Positions 16,788 to 27,272 of a DNA stretch of 45,148 nucleotides are shown here, in pieces (position 1 is the first letter of the stretch; the number at the start of each line of letters is the position of its first letter). Below the pieces are notes generated by a model that was given only the letters and a program-made list of their open reading frames with translations, was not told where the DNA came from and searched no databases. The position numbers were made by a program, and so were the translations under genes. The DNA is from a virus (lineage: Duplodnaviria; Caudoviricetes): IMG/VR virus record IMGVR_UViG_3300031228_000013, positions 1 through 45,148 of that record. One strand, 5' to 3'.

Positions 16788-17039
16788 TTAATTATGCTCA
16801 TAGTCGTCCTCAGTTCCAGGATCGGGCCGTTGAAATTTGGTTTTTGTCTGGAGCTTTGAGCTGTCCTTTGAAAGAATAGAGTTCAGCGTCATTACCGACC
16901 CGGTGGCTATTACCCACTCCTGAGTATCAATAATTTTCGTTGCATACATATAAAGCAATACGCCGTAGACAATTCCTTTGAGGATCATTAGCCAGTGGAT
17001 TTGGAGGCGCTTTTTCATTTGGTGAAAAATGTATTTCAT
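16788..17039 (-). CDS. Holin-like membrane protein
   Basis: Two hydrophobic segments, charged C-terminus, lysis cassette. Confidence 0.55.
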   Translation of the reverse strand: MKYIFHQMKKRLQIHWLMILKGIVYGVLLYMYATKIIDTQEWVIATGSVMTLNSILSKDSSKLQTKTKFQRPDPGTEDDYEHN

Positions 17040-17044
17040 ATTCC

Positions 17045-17254
17045 TTATTGTTTATCCCGTTCAGATTGTTCTTTTTTTTCTTCGGCTTGCCCTTCCGCCC
17101 TGGCTAGTTTTTTAGTCGACTCCATGAGTTCACCCATCCGTCCGTTGATCTGCTTTTGCATCTTTGCTAATTTGATGGCCACATACGCCGAGATGGCCGC
17201 CGTTATAATCGGTATGACTGTATTAAGTAGTGCTATGATTACATTGTCGCTCAT
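17045..17254 (-). CDS. Holin/antiholin-like TM plus coiled-coil protein
   Basis: N-terminal TM; lysis cassette. Confidence 0.55.
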   Translation of the reverse strand: MSDNVIIALLNTVIPIITAAISAYVAIKLAKMQKQINGRMGELMESTKKLARAEGQAEEKKEQSERDKQ

Positions 17255-18000
17255 AAACTCGCCAAAAACTCCGCGAACTTAACTTTCAACCTCTCAATGA
17301 TATCCCCATCCGCGTTTGGGCTTTTTTTATTTGATACCTTTTGAAATTTCATCCAGTCGTAAACGCCGTACTCCGGTTTCAGAAAATAATTCCAGGCGCC
17401 GTGGCCCCACATTCCAACTTCAGAAAAGAGTATTTGCGATCGCCCCGCCAGATTGTTCACTGCCTCGACCATGCGCTTGGTGATGATCTGATTTACAGTC
17501 GGGTCATTCTCTGCATGTGCCGCCCAACCCGGGATACCGTCAGCAACTAAGACGTTAGCTTTTGACGGATCGTTTCCCCCTCCGCATATCGGAATTATAC
17601 AGGCTAGTTTTTTCACGTGTTCCGGGCTTTGCGCATAGGTCCATACCCCGAGGCCTCCAAGACTTATACCCATCAGTGAAATTCTGTTCACATCCACCGG
17701 GTAGGTTTTTTTGCAATATTCGATCACTTCGTCGATTTCCTGTATTGACCAGGCGCTCGACGGGTTCTGCGGGTGAATGATTATCTTTGGCTCTCCGATG
17801 TTCACGCCGTCCTGGAGCTGTTTCAATGGGCCGTGCCTTAAAACTAATTTCAGATTTGTTCCTACTTCCCCGATGCCATGAAGGAATACTAACAAAGGTA
17901 AATTACTACCTGGTGGCACGCTGATCATTGCCCTCATTCCTATAGGGCCGTCTGTTTTTATTTCTTGCATGTTTATTATAGTTGGATCAAAGTCGATCAT
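17251..18000 (-). CDS. Alpha/beta-hydrolase (esterase/peptidase-like)
   Basis: PLLVFLHGIGE, nucleophile elbow GISLGG, D (ENDPTV) and H (GHGAW) triad. Confidence 0.85.
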   Translation of the reverse strand: MIDFDPTIINMQEIKTDGPIGMRAMISVPPGSNLPLLVFLHGIGEVGTNLKLVLRHGPLKQLQDGVNIGEPKIIIHPQNPSSAWSIQEIDEVIEYCKKTYPVDVNRISLMGISLGGLGVWTYAQSPEHVKKLACIIPICGGGNDPSKANVLVADGIPGWAAHAENDPTVNQIITKRMVEAVNNLAGRSQILFSEVGMWGHGAWNYFLKPEYGVYDWMKFQKVSNKKSPNADGDIIERLKVKFAEFLASL

Positions 18001-18521
18001 ACCAAATCCGGAAAAGATTTAATCCTATTAAGCCATCCTTTCAAAAACACTTTCATGGATGGCTTCCTTTCAGCTAAATCCTGATAGTAAATTATCCTGG
18101 CCTGTTTGTATTTGTTATAGACTATTAATTCATTGCCGCAGTTTATTGCAGCGAGCGTTTTAGGGCCAAAGATTCCATCATCTTTAACATTGATAATCCT
18201 TTGTATTAATTTGATCCCGTTAGCGCCCATATTCACGTACCCATCAAAAAGGATATTAGCAATTAATTGGCTTTCGATTTTATCGCCCTGCATCCTATCC
18301 CAAAACCTACGCTTGTATACTTGTTTAGCTTCCGCTTCCGTTAATCCTTTAATATCAACGTCACCGATGCCATCCCCGTCAAGATCAACAAGTCCGTCAA
18401 CCTTTCCGTCAAGGCGGTCGGTAATTCCTCGGTTTGTTTCTCCTCCTGGGTCAGCGGGATGATGAACATACCCACCTTCCCAAACAAGTGTATGCGGTAT
18501 TGCTATGTCGAATTTTGCCAT
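17997..18521 (-). CDS. Endolysin, glycosyl hydrolase family 108 with peptidoglycan-binding domain
   Basis: WEGGYVHHPADPGGETNRGIT; DGIFGPKTL; FLKGWLNR. Confidence 0.92.
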   Translation of the reverse strand: MAKFDIAIPHTLVWEGGYVHHPADPGGETNRGITDRLDGKVDGLVDLDGDGIGDVDIKGLTEAEAKQVYKRRFWDRMQGDKIESQLIANILFDGYVNMGANGIKLIQRIINVKDDGIFGPKTLAAINCGNELIVYNKYKQARIIYYQDLAERKPSMKVFLKGWLNRIKSFPDLV

Positions 18522-18528
18522 TATTATT

Positions 18529-18771
18529 TCATTTTACGTATTTTATAGGGAAGACTTTCTCTTTAAGCGCCTCAATATCGTTTTCGTTCTGTTCAATCTT
18601 TTGGGCGTGAATTGCTTTATGGATTTTAAGGTCCGTCACATCTACCCCTAGCTTGTCAAGTGTTTTTACCAGCCTGCCGCCAACCCATTTCAGAATTGAG
18701 ATAACCGCTATAGCTAAAGCGAGGGATAACCCGTAATAAAAATATGAGTCCGGTAGATTAGGTATTTCCAT
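18529..18771 (-). CDS. Holin-like TM plus coiled-coil protein
   Basis: N-terminal TM directly upstream of the endolysin. Confidence 0.55.
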   Translation of the reverse strand: MEIPNLPDSYFYYGLSLALAIAVISILKWVGGRLVKTLDKLGVDVTDLKIHKAIHAQKIEQNENDIEALKEKVFPIKYVK

Positions 18772-18825
18772 AATTCAGGGTTATCCGCTTACCAAGCCTT
18801 TGTTTTAATTGTGTCGCCGTCCATT

Positions 18826-18996
18826 CTAGTTATCTTTTATACAATCCGGGCACGGGCCTTCTTTGGAAATATCATTGAACAAATAGCTTCCCTCTGGCAA
18901 CTTATCAACCTCTTTTAAATCCACATAAGAGGCGACCCCTGTTCCTTGGCAAAAAGGGCAAATAGTTTCGTTCAATATGACTGAGAGGGTAAGCAT
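18826..18996 (-). CDS. 56-aa zinc-finger protein; not in ORF track
   Basis: CPFCQGTG...CPDC; TAATG overlap with the tailspike stop. Confidence 0.6.
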   Translation of the reverse strand: MLTLSVILNETICPFCQGTGVASYVDLKEVDKLPEGSYLFNDISKEGPCPDCIKDN

Positions 18997-21284
18997 TACG
19001 GTAAACTTGTAGCTGTTTTAAGATTTTCAACTGCTGTTCTTAAAGTTGCTTCATCAGTATCGTCCACACGGTCAATCCTGCCCTCTATTGCCATTGCCGC
19101 GATGCTGTTGTGGGCTGCGGCGGTGACTGTTCCGCTGGAAGCGGCTATATTTCTCGCCCCCGAAAGAACATCACATGAGATTGTGGGTGTTACTGGCGTC
19201 GCTGCGTTACTCGTTTTTGTTCCGTCCTTATAAAGCACATCATTAGTTCCATCGTATGTGTGGACGTACAATCCCTTCCATTGTGCATTCGTAAAGTTTA
19301 CACTCGTGCCGTTGTAATGCCGTCTTGTTCCTACTGTTGAGTTAACGGGCTGTAATTCATGGAAGGCTGCGCTGGCACTTAATACTCTAGCCCCGAATAC
19401 TCTCGGTGTTCCCGTGGTTAGGCTTTCTTCTGAAATATATATGTACTGGGTCAGGTCTGTCTCTATGCCTGAATACTCGTCTGTTTTATACCCATCGTTT
19501 ACGTATGACGCTCCATCGCTTTTCCATCCAAGCAAATTTGTCCACGGCACAACCCTTGTGGTGGTCCCTAGTTGTATGCCGCGCAATTTTACAGACGGGT
19601 CTATAACATTTACCCGCAAGCACCCGCGCGAACCAAAAGCAGTGAAGTATAAGGTTTTATGACGAGCGAGCAACGAGCCTAAATCTGTCAGGTAATCATC
19701 CAAGGCATCGCATTGTGCCTCTGTCGGTAAAGGATTCCCAAGTTCAACACAACGATCCATCCATGCTTGAAGTGTTTCACTGTATCCGGTTAGTTCGTTA
19801 GGATAATTAGGTAGTCCGGTATTACCTGAAACCGTCAGGTCTGTGCCCTCTGTCCAATCACCATTCAACGGTGAAATAACAGGGCTTACTATTGTGTTTC
19901 CGGTAAACACCAAATCCTCGTACCCTGTAACATACGTTAGCCCGTATTTGGTTGTGGTGGTCGCGTCGTTACCTAGCGTGGAGTTTATAATCTGAACACC
20001 CGTCCCGCTTCCAACCAGCGCCACCGCTGACCCTGTAAGACTTGTCGATCCATTGTCCACAATTTCGCAGTTGCTATTAATCACCACATTGCTTGATCCG
20101 TTTATCTCAACACCGTCTGACTTCCAGCCCGAAACGGTTGTGCCGGTTATCGTTACGTTCGTGGTGTCCCTTACCCATATTCCAGGCTCGCTGTTGTCTG
20201 TTGTGCTGGGCGTAATCTCGCAATCATCAATAAGAACGTTTGTGGGATCATCCATTCCGGCATCACTGTTATAAATGTAGATTCCGTTCCCTGATTCAGC
20301 GGTTACTCTTCTGAAAACACAGCCGTCCACATTTGCTCTAACCCTTGCGATATATGTTGAACTTGCGCTATCTCCAGTAATGGTTATGTCCTCAAATAGT
20401 AAATCGTCGTTAGGATTTCCGACGACCTGAGAATCAATAAATATTACAGCCCCGCTCCCGTTGTCTGTGATGGTTCCATTTTTAATGGTTATGTCGTCGT
20501 TTCCTTCGTTGGCGTTCCCATGATCGTGAATTGAAATAGCGGGGCATTTTGTCTCCCCGTCAATAGCAAAACCATTAATGGTCAATCCATGAACCCCATC
20601 ATTAATCTCAATACACTCCTTTGCGATAGTCTTACCTACCGTGAGGTTTGTTACTGTGACGTTAAAGGTTGAATTTGCCCCAGTTGATCCGTCCAACATA
20701 CCCACGCCGCTTCCCCCGACTTTCAGGTTTGCGGACATTGTGTTATAAATAGCAATGTTATCTAAAACAGCCCCGTTACCCCGAACACAGATACCATTTC
20801 GGGTCATGTTCTTTGCTGTCACATTGGTTATCCTGATATTAGAAGCATCCCCCTTAACCTCAATACCGGAACTTCTTTCCGTTAAATCCGCATCGCTGCC
20901 GGAACTATAAGCCCAATCAGGATCGTCTACTAGCCTACCATCTAAAGTCAATTTATCAAACCTCATATTTGACCCGCCTGTGTAAAAAATCCCAGTGCCT
21001 AGACCCAACTCAGCATCATCAACATCAGGTTTTATAATCACACCCGCCTCAGATTCACCGTAAACCCAAATATTTGAAGGGAGTAATATTGCCTCAGAGG
21101 TGATATAAGTGCCATTCGGGAAGTACATTATTTTTGTTCCTGGCAATGCGTCTAAAGTCGTAATCATTGCAGCCAAAGCGGCGTAATCATCGGTTACCCC
21201 ATCACCCGTAACTCCGTAATCCAAGACTGTAAAGGCTTCTCCTCCTGTATTAGAATAGTAGTGTGTTATTAAAGCGTGGTGCAT
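18996..21284 (-). CDS. Tailspike / polysaccharide depolymerase, pectate-lyase-like beta-helix
   Basis: VLDYGVTGDGVTDD...YFPNGTY motif and repeated Asn/Gly beta-helix coils. Confidence 0.85.
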   Translation of the reverse strand: MHHALITHYYSNTGGEAFTVLDYGVTGDGVTDDYAALAAMITTLDALPGTKIMYFPNGTYITSEAILLPSNIWVYGESEAGVIIKPDVDDAELGLGTGIFYTGGSNMRFDKLTLDGRLVDDPDWAYSSGSDADLTERSSGIEVKGDASNIRITNVTAKNMTRNGICVRGNGAVLDNIAIYNTMSANLKVGGSGVGMLDGSTGANSTFNVTVTNLTVGKTIAKECIEINDGVHGLTINGFAIDGETKCPAISIHDHGNANEGNDDITIKNGTITDNGSGAVIFIDSQVVGNPNDDLLFEDITITGDSASSTYIARVRANVDGCVFRRVTAESGNGIYIYNSDAGMDDPTNVLIDDCEITPSTTDNSEPGIWVRDTTNVTITGTTVSGWKSDGVEINGSSNVVINSNCEIVDNGSTSLTGSAVALVGSGTGVQIINSTLGNDATTTTKYGLTYVTGYEDLVFTGNTIVSPVISPLNGDWTEGTDLTVSGNTGLPNYPNELTGYSETLQAWMDRCVELGNPLPTEAQCDALDDYLTDLGSLLARHKTLYFTAFGSRGCLRVNVIDPSVKLRGIQLGTTTRVVPWTNLLGWKSDGASYVNDGYKTDEYSGIETDLTQYIYISEESLTTGTPRVFGARVLSASAAFHELQPVNSTVGTRRHYNGTSVNFTNAQWKGLYVHTYDGTNDVLYKDGTKTSNAATPVTPTISCDVLSGARNIAASSGTVTAAAHNSIAAMAIEGRIDRVDDTDEATLRTAVENLKTATSLP

Positions 21285-21315
21285 GGTTTCTCTCCTTTTA
21301 TAAAATGAATGGTTT

Positions 21316-21924
21316 TTAAATAACCTTATATCTGAAGGTGAACCACCATTGTTTCTCTGCTGTGTTTGCTGTGGCTAGATAAATAACTTCCGCTTGCTCC
21401 ACAGCTCCAAGGGTTGTTGTGCCTTTAATGATCCCGGCTTTATTGGTACCTGCGTGCTCATTGGCCACTCCTGCTAATTCATAATCATTTGCAAAATTTG
21501 AATTCACAGGAAGTGTAAGTCTTACGACAGTTGATTCCGTGGGGCCTGTTGTGGTAGCATCTATCCTTAACGACCCGTAAACCGTAACATAATTGCCTAT
21601 CCTTGTCCAGAAAGAAAGTTGCCCGGTACAGCTATCCACGTTTGTTACCGCTGTGGCTGTTGGTGTGTACTCTCCTGCTGTTGCTCCTCCGGCGGCTACC
21701 TGGCTATCCACATAAGCCTTTACACTCTGCTGAGTAGGTACAGCCTCATCACTGTTGGACGTCATGTCGTCTTCGTCTAACACATCATCTTCCCATAAAA
21801 CAGATGAATCGGCATGGTCGCCGTGTTGGTCGCGGTGGTCAAGTTCTTCAATAGCCCCGGAAGTGTTGTCTGCGAACCTCGACCCCGCTACTGTTTTTAA
21901 TCCCGATCTATCTCTTACTGCCAT
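21316..21924 (-). CDS. Tail fibre/adaptor protein
   Basis: SNSDEAVPTQQSVKAYVD fibre motif; gene position. Confidence 0.65.
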   Translation of the reverse strand: MAVRDRSGLKTVAGSRFADNTSGAIEELDHRDQHGDHADSSVLWEDDVLDEDDMTSNSDEAVPTQQSVKAYVDSQVAAGGATAGEYTPTATAVTNVDSCTGQLSFWTRIGNYVTVYGSLRIDATTTGPTESTVVRLTLPVNSNFANDYELAGVANEHAGTNKAGIIKGTTTLGAVEQAEVIYLATANTAEKQWWFTFRYKVI

Positions 21925-21930
21925 TGTCTT

Positions 21931-24900
21931 TTAATTATATCCTGATGAATGTCCTGAACTGTGCGCACGGCCTGATGTGCTGCCCCCTTGATTTGTTCCC
22001 CCTGTGTCTATTCCCGCAAGGGAGATGTAGGTTTTTGATTGCTGCATTAATTCCAGAATTGCGGTGCGGTTTTTCTCATCCGATTGGTAGTCTGTGATTT
22101 GATACATTTCCTCAATATCACTTCCATCGGGGCTAAATTCAGTCACGGCATAAGTCCTGTCACCCGTTCCGGTTACGTGCTTGAAAAAGAATCCCACCCG
22201 GTCAATATCTCCCGGAGCGAAAGCAATGTGATTAATAGCATAAGTTCCGGAGGTGGACCCTGAAAACGTGTTCAGTTTTTCTGCATGGATAATATCGGCC
22301 CCCCGATAGAAAACTGCATAAAAAATATCTTCCCTGTCTCCGGTTGAGGCAATAGTAAGTTCTCCGGTGATCGCAATATATCCGCCTGAGTTAGTGACGC
22401 TCTGGTAAATCTTTTGAGAATCTTCGGCACCTGAAAGGACTACCTGCGCCGCGCCACTGTTCCACGTGAAGGCTTCCCCGGTTCCAGCCTGTGACCATCC
22501 AGATAGATCGCTGGTAAACTCTGTGTTACTCAAAGAAAGGTTCGACCCTGCTTTAGTTAATTTCAGATAGTTCTTTGTTCCAATCCTTTCAAACTCATTA
22601 ATAAAAGAACCGGTCAGCCTGAATGTAGGGGCTGAGTGATTTCCGCCAATGACCTTCAAAAGGATATGCGTAAGGGGCAGGGATTCCGATATTCCTGATC
22701 GCGACCAGGTTTCCGTAGGTGTTCCGTCTGACAGCTTGAAGTAGTTGTTGTACATATTTTTCGCGTTCGTCACGTCGGGAACATCGAAATTATACAGGTC
22801 TACTTCCAGGGTTTCGGTTACGTGTTTACTGACTTCCAGGGAAATGGTATCTTCGGTTGGCGGTGGCTGGCCGTTAGGGAGCGCATCGATCGTTATGTCA
22901 TCTACATAGAACTTCCGATCTACTCCCCGGCGGTTCCCTACAGGGTTATTTTCCAGCGTGGACCCGATTTCCCACCAAATCCACGGGTTTGTGGTAGCGT
23001 TGAAATCATTCGGGCGAACTATGCCGTTATCAGGATCATCGGCGGCGGCTGAATCCCTCAACTCATAGAAGATCCGGCCATAGTTTGTTACTGATCCAGT
23101 GGTCTTATGGTATCTGGAATCAAGACGATAGTCGTAATTTATTGTGGCCGTAACGAGGCCACGGAGGTCAGATAGCCCCGACGTTCCACTTGATGGATCT
23201 TGGTTGTCGTCTGCCGCTGGCGGTAGGCCATAATCGTAAAACTCTGAAGCATAAAAATAAATCCTGAACTGGATTGTGGTATCGACTATTTCGTCGGTTT
23301 CTGGTGTGGGCACTAACAATTCAAAGGTTTGTAATGAATTGTTGATGCTCGGGTAAGCCCTGAAAATATGTTCTGTTGTGTCCCAATCTGAATCATGCTG
23401 CAAATAATCCGATCCTATTTTCACCATGAACCTCAGAACCATAAATGGATATTCGGTTTTTGACGAAGTGGAATGCTCAAATCTTATTTTTAACTCGTCG
23501 TTCGGGCCGTACTGATAGGGTTTAGATGCAGACTCGATATAAGCGTTTCGCAAGTTACCGGTCCATGAATCCGCTGAATAATAGAACGCCCCCACGCTAC
23601 GGGTTAAATCCTCCTCTCCTGAAATAGCCAGTCTTTCTGTATCTCCCCGTCGCCCAACGATAACGCGGCCAAAACTTACCCCTGACACTCCGCTTGGTTG
23701 TCGTAAGGTCCAGCCATTAAACCCTTCCTCCGATTTAAAAACCCCTTGCGCCTTAATCTCTATTTCTGATTCAGGGGCAAGTAAATCCTCTTTCTCAAAT
23801 CCACCGGCCACGATAGATCCGATGTAGTTAAACTTTCTACTCAATGAAATCTTCCCGTAAGCAGGCACGATTTCCATTGAATGATCTGAATTTATCAAAG
23901 CTACCCGGTCAGTTTCGGAGGGCGCTTTAATGTTCATGACTACGTCAGCCGTTCCGTTGCTTTCGTAATCCCCATCTACATCAAATATCCTGTAATCATA
24001 CCCTTCGTGCGCCCGGTCAATTTCTTCTATTAACCATTGGTTGTCTGACTGAACTATCCTGGCCCCGAAAGGCTTTAAGATGCTTTCCAAAACTTGCCAG
24101 CATGAAAACGGATCTGTGCCATCACGGTAACAGGATACATCGATATAGGTCTGATCTAGCGGATCGTCTTCCGGATCGGTGTCGTGGTTGGTCTCGAAAA
24201 TGTTAATACCAGACCTTATGGAAAGCTCAAGGCCCGTTTTCTTCATGACATGGGCAATAACCTTGATAAGTTTCAGGTTGCCATACATTGGGTTTCCGTT
24301 ATCGTCGGCGAAATCTATCTTTTCAAGATGCCGGACGTTATCGCTGATTTGAAACTCTGTGTAATACGGTGCGGCTACAAAGTCCTCGCGGTAGATGTTA
24401 GGCTCAAAAAATCCCTGCCACACTTCTTCAAATCCCCCTCCGTCGTCCACCTCGTAAACAGCCCTGTATCTTTTATTGTCCTGCGTGAATAAAGGCAGGA
24501 ATTGATAATCTTCTTCCGAGGCAAGGCTAAGCATTGCTCCTGTCGGGTGTACAGGCGTTAGTTTATTATTTAGCTCTCCGGCTTTTGGTTTGTGGATATG
24601 AAAAGGCGAGGGCGCTCCTGCGTTGATCTCCACAAGTGATCCCGGATATTCCCTTTCGTATATCCGCACTCTTTGGGTCATGGTGTTGCCTCCTATGGGT
24701 ACGGCGTCCCATGTAAACCGGTAATGTTCAGCCACGGCCGGCTTATACAATACCGTTACCTGCTTTTGAGTGGTGCAATCATTGGCATCTTTAGCGAATA
24801 TGGTCCAGGTTCCTGGAATCATCCCGGTAAGCACACCGGTTGTATTACTCATGGCCGCGTAGGATTGCAGGCCATTCAGCCCGTACTTTACCGTACCGTT

Positions 24901-25347
24901 TGAACTTGTGGCCTCAACCGTTACTGTTCCTCCGTCTGTTAAGTTAGTGGCGTGAGTTATCACCGGAGCGCCCACCCATGCAATATCGCACACCGCCCCA
25001 CCTCCTGTAGCGCATACCGGACTGTCTGCCGTGGTCCTGAGTTGCGCGTAAGGGTAGAACGGATAAAAAAGAAGCATTCTAAACCATTTCAGATCATCAC
25101 CGGAGCAAAATGAATATCCCGCTACAGCATATTCACCTTCAAAAGATGTTGCCCCTGATAGATAATAGTTCGTGTCTAGCTCTCCGAAATGCGCCCCCGG
25201 AGATCCGGCAAAGACACTATTATTTTTCTTAACTACTATTGCGCTGGTTGAATCATCCCAATAAGTATCTATCACATCAAAGGCGCTAAAGTCCGACGAT
25301 GAGGGTGGATTATGAATCATGACAGAAAAAAGGAGTAGTTGCGCCAT
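21931..25347 (-). CDS. Large tail tip / distal tail protein with a SprB-like Ig repeat
   Basis: Directly follows tape measure; LESILKPFGARIVQSDNQWLI hub-like segment; PGTWTIFAKDANDCT. Confidence 0.7.
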   Translation of the reverse strand: MAQLLLFSVMIHNPPSSSDFSAFDVIDTYWDDSTSAIVVKKNNSVFAGSPGAHFGELDTNYYLSGATSFEGEYAVAGYSFCSGDDLKWFRMLLFYPFYPYAQLRTTADSPVCATGGGAVCDIAWVGAPVITHATNLTDGGTVTVEATSSNGTVKYGLNGLQSYAAMSNTTGVLTGMIPGTWTIFAKDANDCTTQKQVTVLYKPAVAEHYRFTWDAVPIGGNTMTQRVRIYEREYPGSLVEINAGAPSPFHIHKPKAGELNNKLTPVHPTGAMLSLASEEDYQFLPLFTQDNKRYRAVYEVDDGGGFEEVWQGFFEPNIYREDFVAAPYYTEFQISDNVRHLEKIDFADDNGNPMYGNLKLIKVIAHVMKKTGLELSIRSGINIFETNHDTDPEDDPLDQTYIDVSCYRDGTDPFSCWQVLESILKPFGARIVQSDNQWLIEEIDRAHEGYDYRIFDVDGDYESNGTADVVMNIKAPSETDRVALINSDHSMEIVPAYGKISLSRKFNYIGSIVAGGFEKEDLLAPESEIEIKAQGVFKSEEGFNGWTLRQPSGVSGVSFGRVIVGRRGDTERLAISGEEDLTRSVGAFYYSADSWTGNLRNAYIESASKPYQYGPNDELKIRFEHSTSSKTEYPFMVLRFMVKIGSDYLQHDSDWDTTEHIFRAYPSINNSLQTFELLVPTPETDEIVDTTIQFRIYFYASEFYDYGLPPAADDNQDPSSGTSGLSDLRGLVTATINYDYRLDSRYHKTTGSVTNYGRIFYELRDSAAADDPDNGIVRPNDFNATTNPWIWWEIGSTLENNPVGNRRGVDRKFYVDDITIDALPNGQPPPTEDTISLEVSKHVTETLEVDLYNFDVPDVTNAKNMYNNYFKLSDGTPTETWSRSGISESLPLTHILLKVIGGNHSAPTFRLTGSFINEFERIGTKNYLKLTKAGSNLSLSNTEFTSDLSGWSQAGTGEAFTWNSGAAQVVLSGAEDSQKIYQSVTNSGGYIAITGELTIASTGDREDIFYAVFYRGADIIHAEKLNTFSGSTSGTYAINHIAFAPGDIDRVGFFFKHVTGTGDRTYAVTEFSPDGSDIEEMYQITDYQSDEKNRTAILELMQQSKTYISLAGIDTGGTNQGGSTSGRAHSSGHSSGYN

Positions 25348-27272
25348 TACGCAAAGCGGCCCCTCCTGTAGCCTTCTTTTGTAGCTGTATACACAAGATC
25401 ATATCCACGTGTGTGTCCTGTTATTCTCACCCCCATTTCCGAAGGTGTGCGCCCTGGTGCCGATCCGCTGAATCCACCACCTACACCACCGCCACTACCC
25501 CCAATTTTTGAGAATAACCCCTTAACCAATCCAATTCCTGCCGCAGCTACGGCCACCTTTGCAAAAGGGAAAGGCGTGGAAGGATCTTTAATGGCCGATG
25601 CGATCATTGCAGCAATGGACTGTCGTAGGTACAGTGTTATGATTTCCTCTGTAACCTTAGCCAGCCCCTGCGCGAAAGACATTGTACCGTTGAGCATTCC
25701 TTCAAAAGCAGATCCTATAGCCTCACCCATCGTTACCGCCATCTCTGCGGTTGCGTGCATCTTGTCGAGCTGCTCCTCGCGCAAGGTGTTTAGGTTTGCA
25801 AGGCTTGTGGCTAGTTCTTCGTTGAGTTCTATTTCTTTTACAATCCCATCAACTGGATTATCAAGATCAAGTCCCATGCTGGACAGCGGGTCCATATTAA
25901 TATCACGGTGATAGAATTCATCACCGATATCAACACGTCCGCCGCTTTTACTCTTATCTACTCCGGGAGTCTTAAAGCTGATTTTTTTAAGCAGATCTTG
26001 AACTAACTTATCAATCCTTTCTTGCTCCTTCTTTGCTGCCTCAAGCCGTTGCGCTGTTGCTTTAAGTTTTTTCAGGGCCGCGTCCCATGCCGCGTTCGGA
26101 TCTTCATCTTCTCCGAATGCGTCACGTATCGCGTCCTTATCCATCTGCTCAAGCCATTCGCTCATGCGCTCGCCTTCATCGTTGACGCGGGACATATGCT
26201 CACCGTACTGCTTCATAACCGATCTCCCACCGGTAAGAAGCTGAATAAATTCAGTTGTCCATACTACAACATCACTCATAGGACCGGTGCCTTCTCTGAA
26301 CTGGAGTATTAGCCCTTCCCACGCTGACTTTAACCTGGTAACATCACCCCATAAGTTATCCTGAATTACTTCAGCCATCTTATCCGAAGACCCTGTCGCA
26401 CGGTCTAGTTCAGATGTAAACTCTTTAAGTTTGCCGGTGTTATTGGAGAGGACTAATAAGGCTGTCTGCGCGTATCTTCCGACCTCATCGAAGGCATCGG
26501 ATAAACTTAATCCCTTCTTTCCTAACTCATCCAGCCGCTCCTGAAGAGGCCTGCCGTCATTGGATAGCTCCGCAAATATTCGGCGTAGGGCAGTTCCCGC
26601 CTGGCTTCCTCTAATACCATTATCCGCAAGTATACCCAGCAATGCCGTTGTTTCTTCAACGCTTGATCCGGCAGCCCTGGCAATAGGGGCAACGTATTTC
26701 ATCGATTCGGTGAAGAAATTCAGATCTAAAGCCGAGCGATTAAAGGACAGCGCCATCACGTCCACCACGCGTATAGTTTCTTTGGCGTCTAATCCAAAGC
26801 CACGCACAGTGGCACCTGCGATGTCTGCTGATTTTGCAAGGTCCTCGCCCGTGGCTGCGGCCAGCGAAAGCGTAGCCTCTGTGGCGTCGAGAATCTCATT
26901 TGTATTGAATCCTAACCTTCCGTAGGCCACTTGTAATTGCGCGACCTCTGAGGCTGTGAACTTGGTCGCGCCTCCTAACCTGATGGCATCGGATTCCAGG
27001 GCGGCAAATTCTTTTCCTGTTGCGCTGGTAATGGCCTTAACGGTGGACATCTCTTTTTCAAAGTCACCCATCACATTAACAGTGAATTGAAGTGCCCGAG
27101 CAGCTTCAAACACTCCAAATCCTACGCCGAAGGCTCGTAATGTATGGTTGAGGCTTTGAAGAGATTTTTGGAAGGCCATCGACTGCGCCTGGGACTTCCT
27201 CATAGCGGAATTGAACCTCGCGTTGTTCGCAGAGATTTGAACCGCCATCCGGGCTAACACATCATTTGCCAT
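25347..27272 (-). CDS. Tape measure protein (TP901-type core), 641 aa
   Basis: FEKEMSTVKAIT, TKFTASEVA, LADNGIRGSQAGTALR. Confidence 0.92.
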   Translation of the reverse strand: MANDVLARMAVQISANNARFNSAMRKSQAQSMAFQKSLQSLNHTLRAFGVGFGVFEAARALQFTVNVMGDFEKEMSTVKAITSATGKEFAALESDAIRLGGATKFTASEVAQLQVAYGRLGFNTNEILDATEATLSLAAATGEDLAKSADIAGATVRGFGLDAKETIRVVDVMALSFNRSALDLNFFTESMKYVAPIARAAGSSVEETTALLGILADNGIRGSQAGTALRRIFAELSNDGRPLQERLDELGKKGLSLSDAFDEVGRYAQTALLVLSNNTGKLKEFTSELDRATGSSDKMAEVIQDNLWGDVTRLKSAWEGLILQFREGTGPMSDVVVWTTEFIQLLTGGRSVMKQYGEHMSRVNDEGERMSEWLEQMDKDAIRDAFGEDEDPNAAWDAALKKLKATAQRLEAAKKEQERIDKLVQDLLKKISFKTPGVDKSKSGGRVDIGDEFYHRDINMDPLSSMGLDLDNPVDGIVKEIELNEELATSLANLNTLREEQLDKMHATAEMAVTMGEAIGSAFEGMLNGTMSFAQGLAKVTEEIITLYLRQSIAAMIASAIKDPSTPFPFAKVAVAAAGIGLVKGLFSKIGGSGGGVGGGFSGSAPGRTPSEMGVRITGHTRGYDLVYTATKEGYRRGRFA

